A stretch of 53,763 nt of DNA, filler included, from Sphacelaria rigidula (taxonomy: Eukaryota): assembly GCA_964200075.2 (NCBI GenBank). It is 5 parts of 5 records of this genome, joined end to end, with 100 filler letters (N's around TTAATTAATTAA, not from the genome) between each part and the next. Parts side by side here need not be neighbours in the genome. Positions count along the whole stretch, not along the records: positions 21,550 to 32,221 come from CAXNAA020006102.1; positions 32,322 to 42,992 come from CAXNAA020006103.1; 3 more parts are not named here. One strand, given 5' to 3'. Below, in pieces: positions 23,832 to 35,909 of this stretch. How positions within the stretch are numbered: position 1 is the first letter of the stretch; each line of letters begins with the position of its first letter. The translations under genes and the position numbers were made by a program. The notes under the pieces were generated by a model that was not told where the DNA came from, ran no database searches, and worked only from the letters and a program-made list of their open reading frames with translations.

Positions 23832-24430
23832 TTACCGCTTCCCACTTCGACTGCCCCTCCGTCCCGCTTGGTGTGTTCCTTCAAAGTTATACATCATCGC
23901 GTTGCCATCATCTCCACCAACAAGCATCCGGTTCCCGTGTGCAACAACGCATCGCACCGCGCCGGCACTGCAACAGCCTAATCCGTACAGCAAGCGCATC
24001 GCTCCCCGCGCTACATCATGAACAAGTATCATCCCATCGCCCCCGCCAGTCACCAACACCCCGCCCCCTAGTCCTCCACTACCGTCTGCTGCTGTGGGAA
24101 CGAAATCCATGCAGTAAATGAAATCGCGGTGCTCTTCGAAGATGTGCTCGACGGCTGTGGCTGCTGCTGCTACATCGCCTTTTGCGGCCAAGTGATGCCG
24201 GCCTCGAACTTCCCCGCTGTGCCCCTTGTACCCACTGTCTCCGCCTGCACCGCGGCGTAAATCCATAATGCAAATCCGTTTGTCCGCACCGAACGACGCG
24301 AAGCGATACACCCCGCCGGGTATTCCTACCCCTGCGGACCCGCCTATCCCAATCACTCCTCCAACGGCGCCGACCCCTCGCGGTCCACGATGTGCCGGCA
24401 CCTCCATGACGGCTCGCACCGTACCAGCAC
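23832..24430 (-). CDS. Terminal exon of a WD40-repeat protein
   Basis: ctcctccag| phase 1; contains FASFGADKRICIMD, EHRDFIYCMDF..LVTGGGDGMILVHD and AVRCVVAHGNRMLVGGDDGNAMMYNF; stop TAA at 23832. Confidence 0.85.
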
Positions 24431-24988
24431 CTGGAGGAGCGCAAGTATCGAATAAAACTGGATTGAATAAACGAATCAGTTAAGTGTTCGACCGCGAAGC
24501 TGGCGGGGATATTAGCTTCAGGGTCCGCCGTGTGCAAAACCGCGATGTTACTGCATTGACGTACACGTGCACTCCAAACGTACTCGTCCACGGTCAAGCA
24601 GCTAACGGCTTATGCACCAGAATACACTGGTTATGTCATGTATGAGCTGCGTAGGAATTGCGCCCACCGTCAGAGTATCATTACCCGTAATATATAGTAG
24701 TACATTCATTCGCTACTGCCTCACTTCAATTCCGTCTCCTACGGACGTTCTGATAGCTACCCTGCCCGCCCCCCTCCTTGCCGGGGCGCACGGAATGGCT
24801 AGTTCTTCACACGCTTCGGATTATACGTGCGTGCTAGTTTGCTCTTCCCTCGCTTAGTGACGCTCTTCTTATACATTGGATTGCAGTAGCCAGGCGTATA
24901 CAAGAGTCGTTGCCTTCTTGTGTTGCCGTCGATTATATGAATATTGAGACCACGCCCACGAGAGCAACGTACGAACGGGAAGGCCCAC

Positions 24989-25622
24989 CTACTCGTGTAT
25001 CCCAAACGCGAACAAATCCATCCTGCCCGCCGGTGATGAAACAACCCTGCCCGCCCCCCGTCGCCCCCATCTGTGCCGCTTCAGTAGCACTCTGGCCGCC
25101 GTCGCTCGAACGACCGAGTGCAGCGCTACAATTACTGCTGTTCCCGATAACACCTAGGTTGCTGAGCGTGGTCACGTGCCCACGGTGCGCCTTGTCCACG
25201 CACATCAGCATCGCCCCCGTTTCCAAATCGTAGAAGCCGAGACGGCCGTCCCGATGCCCCGTCACAACGCTACCGCCGCCGCCGCGACTACCACTGGACC
25301 AGGCAAAATCCATGCACGGGGCCGGCAATCGCTCATCATACAGTTCCCCCACCAAATACGGTGGCCTTGTGTTCTCCACCTTCCCTTGCCCTCCCGCCCC
25401 CCTTTCCTGACGACCTCCGCCGCGGCATCGTCCGCTTCGACAATCCCAAATCCTGAGTGCACCTCCATACCCGCAAGATACGACCCTGCCCTCGACGTCT
25501 GCCTTTATCGCGGCGATGGATCCTGCGTGTGCTTGGACTCCTCCGGGGGCTCCACCCCCTCCGTTCGATTCGCCTGGCCAAAGACAAAGCTTACCGTCCA
25601 TTCCACCGGACACGATGTCGCC
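24989..25622 (-). CDS. Penultimate exon of the WD40-repeat protein
   Basis: atgcag|GDIVSGGMDGKLCLW, AHAGSIAAI..VVSCGYGGALRIWD, VTGHRDGRLGFYD, AHRGHVTTL..FITGGQDGFVRVWD; donor G|gtgggc in phase 1 matches the next exon. Confidence 0.85.
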
Positions 25623-25801
25623 CTGCATGTCCCAACATCCCGATTCGCAAAAAAGAAACACCAGACGCTTTTTATACTCAGCGATGAAAAATTGCTTGTG
25701 ATTGAGGTTGCGCTTTCATCGGGTAGTTATGCGACGGAGGAGTGATGCCGCGATACAGGCTGGTTCAGGGTGAACGACCGGAGTTTACTCCCCAGCGATT
25801 G

Positions 25802-25986
25802 CTCACGCCGTTTTTTGGAGTAAGACACGGAAATTTTGCACACGAGTGACCCCCGTCCTCAGACCCCGGGTGTCTGGCGGAAAAGAAGAAAAAAAAATCG
25901 AAACATCTCATCCACACAGCCCTTTTGAATATTTCAGAGCATCCGTATACAAAATTTCAGGCTCTAACTCCAGAAAACGGCGCGAG
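25802..25986. mobile_element. MITE-like inverted repeat
   Basis: ctcacgccgttttttggagtaagacacggaaattttgcacacg is the imperfect reverse complement of cgtatacaaaatttcaggctctaactccagaaaacggcgcgag. Confidence 0.65.
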
Positions 25987-26234
25987 AAACAGGTCGTTTG
26001 TGCGTTAAAATATACACATGCACGCGGAACCCTCCTACGTACTTGATTATAATATGCTACCGACGCTCGTGCGCTTGAGTTTAAATCGACTGGTTGGGAC
26101 CAGCTACCTCGGGACGAGTCAAATTTGATTTTTTTTTTCAAGCAATCTGTACCGGCTTCTGAGGCCTTGACAACGACTGAGACCCCCGGAAGCTGGTCGA
26201 GAGCGAATAAACTTTGAAATATTCCAAGGGCAGG

Positions 26235-26500
26235 TCGAGTAGAGAATACTCAGTAGTTTCGAAGATTCATACTTCAAGTACTCGAAATTTGAGTAGAGTA
26301 TTTGAGGTCGTACTCAACCTACTGAAATTCTTGAGTAGATTATTTGAGATCGTACTCAATGTACTTAAAATTTGAGTAGAGTATTGAGATCATCCTCAAG
26401 TGATACTCTATACTCATGTATGAGAGTGCTAACTCAATATTGGAGAAGAGTATTTGAGGTCGAACTCGATATACTCAAAAATTGAGTAGAGTATTTGAGG
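26235..26500. repeat. Degenerate ~42-45-bp tandem repeat
   Basis: ttgagtagagtatttgag(g/a)tcgtactcaa recurs about 5 times. Confidence 0.75.
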
Positions 26501-26665
26501 CCATGATGTGGCTCAGTTGGTAACCTCGTAACCGACTGTTTGGAAGGACTACATCGCTAAGCACGTCACAGGGGGGAACTGGGAAAGCAAGAAAACACAC
26601 ACACACGAGTAGTGAAAAATGCCTTGGGCTCACCACGTGCTAAAATTCAATGAGTTGAAACTCAC

Positions 26666-26818
26666 AAGCATATTAAAGATCGCCATGTAGTCCCGCTCAT
26701 CCTGTCCTTGGGACATGAGCCAATCAAATGCCTCTAGGAAATCACCCTCCGAGACGTACCCTGTTGACCCCTTGTCCGCTCTAGACACCATCTGGCTCAG
26801 CTTGTCCTCAGAAACCAC
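26666..26818 (-). CDS. Exon 3 of an EF-hand (calmodulin-like) protein
   Basis: ggtcag|; reads VVSEDKLSQMVSRADKGSTGYVSEGDFLEAFDWLMSQGQDERDYMAIFNML; donor |gtgagt; EF loop DKGSTGYVSEGD; 153 nt, phase 0-0. Confidence 0.8.
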
Positions 26819-26965
26819 CTGACCGAATCAAAGATGCAAAAGCAAGATCGTAACAACCAAACGCCAACAACACCAGTGGTCCCTGAAGCGTTCCATGTAT
26901 ATTCTAGTGTGCAATCTTGCAAGGAGTGATTCACCGGTTTAGTACTGTGGATCATGACAGTCAAC

Positions 26966-27110
26966 CACACCCTGGGCAAAAGATGACATTGACAAAACGT
27001 GTACTGCGTACAGTGTCGACTAGTACGTCCATTGCAATAGATTATAAGAGTCCATACTGTACGCAGTACAATTTTTCACAATGTAATCTATTGCCATTAT
27101 CCAGGATGTA
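26966..27110. mobile_element. Hairpin MITE with 8-bp TSD (same family as 8345-8640)
   Basis: TIR cacaccctgggcaa / ttatccaggatgta; flanks cagtcaac / cagtcaag; core gtactgcgtacagt / actgtacgcagtac. Confidence 0.7.
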
Positions 27111-27912
27111 CAGTCAAGCACGCGACATCCTCCAAGATATCTACGAAGTATACGACGTCACTCTGACTGTGCTTCTCTTCGGATACCACGTGACATGACA
27201 GAAAAATGACACGTCAAGCGCAAAAAAAAAAAAATGATAGATACGGAATGGTGCGGTTTTCATCTTCGAGAAATCGCGAACAGTCGGGGGGGCCGCCACG
27301 CCCCAAAAAACCAAAACGGTCNNNNNNNNNNCACGTGAAAGAAAAAAAAAATGACAAGAAAAGCAAAAAAAAAAAAAAAATGATAGATACGGTATGGTGC
27401 GGTTTTCATCTTCGAGATGTCTCGAACAGTCTGGCGGGACGTGATGCGCGAAAAAAAAAAAACGGTCAAAAGACCGAAGACACGGACCTTACCTACAAAG
27501 CCCAGAAGCGTAGCTTTCATTATGGATACTTGGAAAACTGGAGCACCCACCGCTCACAAAATGTAAGGGGATGAGGGATCGACCCCCAAACCATGCACGT
27601 CGATGATACAGCTCTGAACCACGCTCGACAGTTTGTCATCCGTTACCACCTGATCTACACCACTCGTTCAGAAATAATGTCAACATACCGATAATCTAGT
27701 GGGGCTGTAATATTTCGACCCCGTCCCCTGGGGCGCCGAATTAACATGTCCGTGGGCGTATCGCTTCTCCCCTCCCCCTCTTGTATTCTGTCTTCTTTGT
27801 GCCACGGCTTTGTGACCACGGGTGCTAGATTTCCGGAAAAGGGCTACAGTGATGAACAACAATAACAATAACAATGACAATGACAATGACAACAACTTCA
27901 ACGTCCACGTAC

Positions 27913-28041
27913 CACGCCCATGGACTGCAGCATCCGTCGCAGGTCGTGAGGCTGCAATGTTACCTCCCCTCGCTCATCGCAAGTCCCAAAGCTGAAGAAC
28001 AAATTTGTGGCAACCGATCTCTCCGTGAGAAGGTCTTCACT
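27913..28041 (-). CDS. Exon 2 of the EF-hand protein
   Basis: gctgac...acacctcag|; reads SEDLLTERSVATNLFFSFGTCDERGEVTLQPHDLRRMLQSMGV; donor |gtacgt; phase 0-0; degenerate EF-hand. An alternative acceptor at 27991 is possible. Confidence 0.7.
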
Positions 28042-29840
28042 CTGAGGTGTTGTTGGCGTTGGGGTCAGCCGGGTAAACGCAGAGCAAGACCGATTGTGAT
28101 CAGCAATACATACCACGACGATCACACCGTTTGTGAGTATAGTGCGACCTGAGGGACGCTGCTGTCGTCCGCGCAGAGATAATCCTACTTCCGCACCGCC
28201 AAAGGGAACAGTCGTGCACGGTTGCTCTGTCTCAGCGGGACAGCGAGGGAAGCGGGCCATATCCCGTTCGTTCCAGCTGATTTTACTCTGTTCGGCGTTT
28301 GGCGGTATGATATCTACGAAAGTCACGCCACGTGGACTATTCTTGTATCCCCCCCCCCCCTCCCTTGCGTGTACTGTATGGAAGAAGCGTAATGAGCGCC
28401 CAAATGTCGGACAATTCTCTCCTAGGAGTAGGAACGGTGCTCCGTCTCGAAATTGGATGCGTGGTCAATGGTCAAACGACGAAGAGAGATTAATATTATA
28501 GTGCAAAGAAAAAGAAAGAGGGAAAACTAATGCCCTTCAACCGAGATAAGAGTCTTCGTGTGAACGCACGCCGACAATTAGCAGCGTATGGAATACAAGA
28601 GGAACAAGAAGTAGCGCCACTGCCGTGAAAAACCGTTACGCGCCGGAGCTCTTCGCGGCCAAACAAAACAATTTAATTCTAGTCCGCTTCAAGCGAGATA
28701 TACCGGCAGCAAATTTCTCGGGTATGGGGGATAATAAAGACATGCACGTATGTCGAGTATTACAAGATGGGATGGGATTCTGACGACGACCAGGCCGCTA
28801 AAACAAATATACATACACACGCACCATACAAACATCGCCGCTGGTGCAGTTAGCGAGAATTGATCACTGAAGGATGTACATTCATGCACTCCCACAGCGA
28901 CTCGGTAGTCTTGATTATTCAGTTCGAGATGGCGTCGGGGATCAGCGATACCTTTTGCGATGTACTATACTGTACCCTGCAGCACCGTGGACTGTTGAAA
29001 TGACTCGACACCTCGGGTCTAGCGCTGGTACCACCTGCCGTTAGTTCTAAGGATGTAAGGGTTGTTGGGGCCGGTGTGCTCACATAGACAACAGTACCGC
29101 ACCAGAGCTGGTTGATTATTGAAGGCTGACTTCGAGGTTCAGCTTCAAAACGCACGTTGAAGGGTAATCGAAGTTACCGTGCATTTGTACTTCTTCTGTA
29201 GAAAGGAGCCACGATAATGATGGTACAACGTGTACAAACGGGCAAGATGGCGTGGAATGCTCTGTCCACAACACCGAACATCAATAGCTAGACGGCACGA
29301 ACAAAATTCCCAGCCGCGGATTAATTCCATACCATAAGACAGATGGAGTAGTGGGGCGACAACTTTTGCCGAATAACGGTTGGATTTCGTCCAGTGTCAA
29401 CCCTGTGTGCGTATTACTGTGTGTAGAACCTGGTCCTTGAATTACATACGATAGGTACGGTAAAGTCGGAGGGCTTGACTAACGACTCTATAAAGATGAC
29501 AACGTGGGCGTTTGGCGTCTACATACGCTCTCTCTTCCTTTAACAGTGTTGGCATTCCCCACGCCATTGATCAAATGCACCGACGAGCTGTGTGCTTGCC
29601 GACGATATTGTGACTTGTGATCAAGAAAGTCCTCCCGCAGTAGTAAGCGCACTAGCAGTGCGCGAAACCATCGCGAAGCAGTCACAAGAATACTACTGTG
29701 AAGATAAAACTGTGCTCGGGGGAACTATTTGCGATGAGAGGATTGAGCATTGATGGCCGTTTTCCGTCACAGCCCACGTACAAGCAGTACAGCAGAGGGC
29801 GGTAGACTCGACTCAACTCGACTCAAGGTACAACACCTAC

Positions 29841-30068
29841 CGAATTTCTTCTGCTTCTTGAGAAGCGTCGTACACGCCCTCCGTCACCAGCACCTTGACT
29901 CACACAACCTTCATCACCACCTCGGTCGGTCGCTTCTGCCCTACTCTTGCTGATACTGTTTGGGCTGCTGCAGAACAGCTTCGTGCTGCTGCCGTATAGC
30001 CGTACCGTTGTGGCATTTGCGCGGTGGATCCCAACGAGTCTTACACAGCCTGTGAATTGTCGCAACAT
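29841..30068 (-). CDS. Probable first exon of the EF-hand protein, with a mitochondrial-presequence-like N-terminus
   Basis: ATG at 30068 with an in-frame TAA just upstream; reads MLRQFTGCVRLVGIHRANATTVRLYGSSTKLFCSS...RRNS; donor |gtaggt, phase 0. Confidence 0.55.
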
Positions 30069-30565
30069 GACTTATGATACCCTTGCTGCTGCTTCTTGTT
30101 GCTGCGGTCTTGATGGTAACCGCGGTGGTCACCGTACTCGGCAGCTTACTGCTACTGTATAGGCGGAGCAATTCCCAGCGAATCCAGCTCGTTGGATACT
30201 TTTCTCACTGTAAGTATGTGTCCCGTTGGTCATTGGAGTAGGGCGATCAATATTCGTATCCCATCACGCAGCCTGGCTCAGTCAAGAGCGTGACCAATAT
30301 ACAACGATCAAGTCTATCTATTCTTAGTAATGATTATCAATATATCAATAAAAAGGCATACTTGTCCGGCCTACGCGAGAAGAAATTTTTCCGTGGAGCA
30401 TTATGAATATTATGTATTATAGATCTTGGTACTGTACATGACGAGGCTTTTTCCTGGACCGGCTGGGGAATCCGCCTACGGGTACTAGAAGTAAAGGTAT
30501 TGACTAATGCAACGAGTACTGGTACAGTTGTAAGCCGTATTCTGTCCGCGGAAAGCACGAGGATC

Positions 30566-30762
30566 ATGGCATCAGCGATATACGAGTACAGATTGGACGT
30601 GATGAGTAAGAGCTTCGATTATATGATATCATCTTTGTCGTTGCATCATGCCTTTTCGGCCATATTATTGGGGGCAGCAGGATGTCTCCTTTTGTGGAGA
30701 GGCTGGAGGATGCGGCGTAACCCAAAGCCAGACGGAGAACCTGTGTTTGCTGTCATCCATGG
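30566..30762 (+). CDS. First exon of a membrane-anchored protein, possibly a cytochrome P450
   Basis: atcATGG context; hydrophobic AFSAILLGAAGCLLLW followed by basic RGWRMRRNPKP and P..G; donor GG|gtgagg. Only the N-terminus is visible, so the family is a guess. Confidence 0.5.
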
Positions 30763-31327
30763 GTGAGGCTACTCATCACGTCCTACTCTCTGTTGTACTA
30801 TGCTGCGTTGTACCTAGAGGAGCCGTAACTGCTGCAGAGTATGAATATGCATTGTGCTACAATCATAACTTTTTCGGTTGTCTGTGCAACTCTATTGGTT
30901 CAGATAACTTGCAAAGGGACGGTATATCATCTGGTGGGGTATTGCGTACATGTCGAGATTTGGTTAGATTTTCGACTCATAAAGTCCGCGTGTGTATACT
31001 ACAGCACACATAGTACAACACCCCTCATCGGCAGACGTGAACACAGGCTGTGAGCTGTACGAGCGCGTGCTTGTTTTGTCAAGGATCATGCGGCATAGTA
31101 TTAAGCAGAATACCTCCACATTTGAAAGCTTTCATAGACTTACTGTCTTCATAGACACAAAGGACTGCACAACTTTTTGCAGATGAGATGTACGCTCACA
31201 AGACACCTGGGCTATTATACCGCACTTCTGGTGAAGTGCGTGTTGTATTGTCGTGTTAGTCTGCACATGTGCTTCACTTTCGCCAATGCATTGAACCGAC
31301 TGTCTACACAGGTGGCGCCACACTTAA

Positions 31328-31429
31328 CCTTTGACCGTGAGGGTATGGGTCACCTGCTGGGTCGGCATCAATTTCATGTGATAAAAGTATATGTGGTCCA
31401 GATGGACTACCCGCATCGCGGTCTAATTG
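31328..31429. mobile_element. piggyBac-like MITE (~100 bp), copy 1
   Basis: TTAA flanks at 31324 and 31430; cctttgaccg...ccagatggactacccgca.cgcggtctaa shared with 35611-35714. Confidence 0.7.
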
Positions 31430-32221
31430 TTAAACCCTGGACCGCGTGGGCATGTCACCTGGGTCATGCACTCGTTTTTCAAGGGAAAATGATGCCGATT
31501 CAACAGATGACCCTGCCTTCGCGTGTTCGAAGGGCTAAAGAGAAAGTTTTTTTTCGCGTGAGTTCTTGTGGAGTACCGACAGCCACCGTATAGGTTTTTG
31601 TCTAGGATTTTTTTTCGGGCATCACAACTTGTTCTCGAGTTTCTCGTATTTTCAAAACTCTTGGGCTTGAGCTCTTAACTGCCAAGTTCTTAAGCAGTGA
31701 CGCCAGCTGTACACGGCAGTGCTCGGTATTGATCTCTAGTATGGTAACGTTTCGTGTCCTTTCTATGGGGCAAAACTCTGGTACCACAAGCGGGTAATTA
31801 CGCTCACTGCAATACCCCGCGAGTATAAAGTCGATGACCGACTCTAATGGGAGCCGTTCAAAATTCCTGTTCAAAACTGCCTTTTTGGCCCTTCTCCGTC
31901 GTTTTACGCCTGAAAAGAGGGCTAGACGGATGTTGACGCCTTGGAATGACTCGCTCTACTAGTTGAGGCCGTTCCAGGTTAACTTTGACCTTTCCCGCTG
32001 GCCGTACTTTCGCTTTTGGCTAAACACGGATTTTCAACAAAAAACGGTCGAGCAATCAAAGAACAGGAGGAAATTTGGATCACTCAACCGTTTTTTACTG
32101 AAAATTCTTGTGTGGCCTGGTTTGGCCAAAAACAAAAGTGCGGCCAGCGGGAAATTCCAAGGCTCCTCTCGGGAATATTCCCGTGATACCGCGGTATTTT
32201 TTTTAAATCGACATACTGGCC

Positions 32222-32321
32222 NNNNNNNNNNNNNNNNNNNNNNNNNNNNNNNNNNNNNNNNNNNNTTAATTAATTAANNNNNNNNNNNNNNNNNNNNNNN
32301 NNNNNNNNNNNNNNNNNNNNN
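32222..32321. other. Artificial contig linker
   Basis: N44-TTAATTAATTAA-N44. Confidence 0.97.
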
Positions 32322-32774
32322 GAAGAAATCGTGAATTTGGTGATTTTGAGTCGTGATGATTGGTCCTAACCGTGAAATGTTGGGTCAAAATTTTAAATGT
32401 TGGGCCAAAATTGAAAATTCCAGCGCCTAACTCTTCGAAATACACGCCGCATCGCCAAGATACATTGAAAAATCAGTCAGCTGGCCCAGCCTGTACGTAT
32501 GTCGATGTTGTTCTCTTTGGTACACCTTGTACACGCACAAGATGCCTTGCACATGCGCCAGGTGTTCTGGCGCGACCGTGAAGGGACCACAGTATGAAAA
32601 CACCATCCAGTCTGTACACGATGTGCGACGTGTGATGCCACCCTGGTCCGCTTTGAAGCTTGACGCGTGTACATGTGATGTTCAAACGGAAGTTTTTAGG
32701 TTCAAGGTCGTCGAGAAGCTCATTATAATTGGTTTCTCGTCGGATTGCTGACTCCTCGACTCAAGTTGGTCACC

Positions 32775-32960
32775 ACGAGCGATGACTCGAGTACTCGTCC
32801 TGTTGATTTTCCACAACGAACTATGACTCGGGTACTTGCCCTATTTCAACAACGAGCAAGGATTCGAGTACTCGCCCGATTGATTTGTGCACAACCAGTA
32901 AATACTCGAGTACTTGCCTTTTAATTTTTCAACAACGACCAATGGCTCCAGTGCTTGAGG
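32775..32960. repeat. Degenerate ~40-bp tandem repeat
   Basis: actcg(a/g)gtact(c/t)g.cc...ttt.cacaacga recurs 4-5 times. Confidence 0.65.
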
Positions 32961-35610
32961 ACCTCCAAGAACGGCCAACGAGCAGCCCAACGAGCGCGAG
33001 TGCCACGAGTCATACCCGTGTTCGTCCGACGTCTGCATAATTTCCTCCGCGTTTCCATCACGAATACTACGGATGTGCCCTCATGGTGGCATTTGGAGCA
33101 GTATATATTTAAAGCTACTGCTTCGCTGTGCCTGCCTTGATCGCCTTTACCTGGAATGCGCCGCTTAGCAGTCGCTGGACCACCTCCCGTCGGCGCTCAT
33201 CCGAATGAGTCTTCGCCACCTGCAAGCGGCGCCCGTTCAATCTCTTTTCGGCCGCCTCTCGAGCGAGTCTCTCCCACCTCACAGCGGCGCCTGCCCTCTC
33301 ACATCTCGACCTGCGAGCGGGGTCCACCCAAAACAACGTCGGCCGGCTCTTGCCGGCGCTCGGCCACCCCTCGTTGACGATCGGCCGAGCGATTCCCTCC
33401 CAACTGCGACCGTGCCCGCCCACTTCCTTCCCAACCACCTCCCGCCGACGCTCGACCGCCCCCCGCCGACGCTCGTCGGAACGATTTTTTTGTCAATCAT
33501 CACCGGCGCCTGCCCAACCACACCTCGGTCGCGTCCCACCAGCCCTGGCCCGAATGAATCTTCACCGCCTGCCAACGGCGCGGACCTAACGCCTACTCGA
33601 GTGCCTCCTGCAGACGGTCGCCAAGACGACGAGTCTCCATCATCTGCCGCCGACGCACTTCTGCTCCTTTATCGGGGTGATGTATCTCGATGGGGAGCCG
33701 GACTTGCCGTCCTGGCAGACCACGCATCAGGCGCAGGCACTAGCTGTGGTGGCACGACGGCTGCAGCTGGAGGAGCCGTGCGCGACGAAAATGGCCACGA
33801 CCCTGCAGCTGCACACGCAAGTGTGGCCGCCAGCTGGCGAGATGGCGGCAGGGTTCTTGTTTTCGAGGATGTCCATGACCGATTAATCGCTTCATGTGCA
33901 TCAGAAGCACAGTTGGTCTGCTCATGGTTGCTCGCTAGATTAGCCCAGAACGTACTACCCGCAGCTGCACCTGCTCTGTGCCAACCTCCTACAGATCAAG
34001 CTACCAGATCTTGTAGCGCAGGCTGCGCAGAGGATATCAAACGGCTGCATCTTCGTGAAGCTGGGTACACTGTAATATATAGGCTACTGTTGTCATACGG
34101 CACGGTACTCATTGCACTGTACATATCGTGGCCATACGTTACGGCTGTACTATACATATCGCTCCACGGTGAATGCTGGTCGGTAATAGTGTGCCGTCGG
34201 TTTCGGAATCAAGACGCTATCCACAGTGGTATAATAACTGGGCTAAAGATGTTGGCGGCCGATTCAAGTCCGACAAATAAATACTCCACGTACAAAGTTA
34301 GAGACCAAGCGCGATTTTGGATGCCTGTGGTGGGTTGAAGGCTATAACCGACTTGAGGCAATGACAAAACCCAGATGTACTTATGCTCGTTTACGGGCCG
34401 ACTATTATTCACGAGACAACTTATGCACGCGCGAACATTAGATGGGCGCGCATTTTCACTAATGGCAGATAATCCGACCTTGTATGAATGAACTACAACA
34501 GTTACGAGACGGAAGAAGGTTAGCTGCAGCTTTTGGAATTCTGCGGCTTGTTTAGTTCCGGTTCGTACACACGTCACTCTTTTCCCCGTCATTACGCGCT
34601 GACGTCAGCACCAATAGCTGCTCGAATAGTTACGGTTCGAGTTGAAGGCGCTACTGACGTTGCGATGACTTTCCGTAACAGCCAATGAAACCAATAGAGG
34701 TCGTTACGTTTCCCATGGCAAGTGCAATCGATCGCTAGGCAAATGGGACGCACCCACCCACCTACACCCGCAGCTGCTTGTATTGAGGACGTAGAACACG
34801 ACACTGCATTGAAAGAGGTCAAATAGGACTCTGGTAAGCTTACATGTCGAGGGCCTTGGAGTTACCTAGGGCGACGGGGAGCGAGGTGAGGAGCGTTGCC
34901 TGATCAAATATTCCAGCTGTATCTTACACGAAGACGGACAGATGGTGTATTGTTCGTGTGGAGCATCTGTGACACGGGGTGTTGGTCGGCACCCTCATCA
35001 TGGGTGCAAGCGAATTGTCTCCGGTGTTGTGCGATGTTCTACTTCTCCAGCCTAGAAGTTTCGGAGCCTGAGCGCTAGCTTTGGATAGAGCACCTGGTTT
35101 ATGTTATCACCTTGCTGATTCCTGTTCGTTGTCGTGTTGGCTGTCGATGTCAGGCACTATTTTACGTGAGCAAGCACAAGGAGATGGCAACAACCAATGG
35201 AATGGTGCCTCCTTCCTTCGAACTGTCGGTGAGTTTCACAATGTGATGTAGCCGGCTCGCTTTGGCCTGCCATTTTTAGCCCCACCACAAAGTTCAGCAG
35301 TAAAGTAAAGCATGGATCTGTGCAAAGTCGTTTCGCTTGAAGCAATTCGCGGGCAAGGGTCTCGAAACCTGAATCGGAGAGTCCCTCTAAGTTTTCCGAG
35401 ACACCTACCCTCCATGTTTCCTCTCGTGATGGCTGAGACTCGCTCGCCGAATCGAGCTGCGTCAGCACGCACTGTTGCCTTCTCTGCATCCCAGAGAGGG
35501 CACGCTACGAAGTGCGTGTTGCGGAGCAGTTTCGTACAAGCTGGCCGCAGACGAAGCTACAAAGATGTGACCACACTCTGATGGTTCGTGGTTCGATGGG
35601 GTGTCGTTAA

Positions 35611-35714
35611 TCCTTTGACCGCTAGAGTATAGGCCACCTGCTGAATCGGCATCGGCGTTCACTTGGAGGTAGTACAGGTGATCCAGATGGACTACCCGCA
35701 CCGCGGTCTAAGGG
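35611..35714. mobile_element. piggyBac-like MITE, copy 2
   Basis: TTAA-tcctttgaccg ... cggtctaaggg-TTAA. Confidence 0.75.
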
Positions 35715-35909
35715 TTAATTTGACCCAAACCGGTGCAATCGTATGACTGTACAGTCAAAAACGTTGCCTCAACTGCACCGAGGAAGTCATGATCAGCCAT
35801 TCTCTGGCCACAACAGTAAATTGATGATGACCTGCCGCTTTCTCTTCACCGCCGCGCCGGCTGTATGAAATAGCACGATATTTTGAATCAGGACATACCG
35901 TTCTTTGGA

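Noticed and set aside
33205-34338. 377-aa ORF as a gene
   Set aside because: Pro/Ser-rich, internally repetitive, no recognisable domain or splice support; could be TE-derived but this cannot be supported
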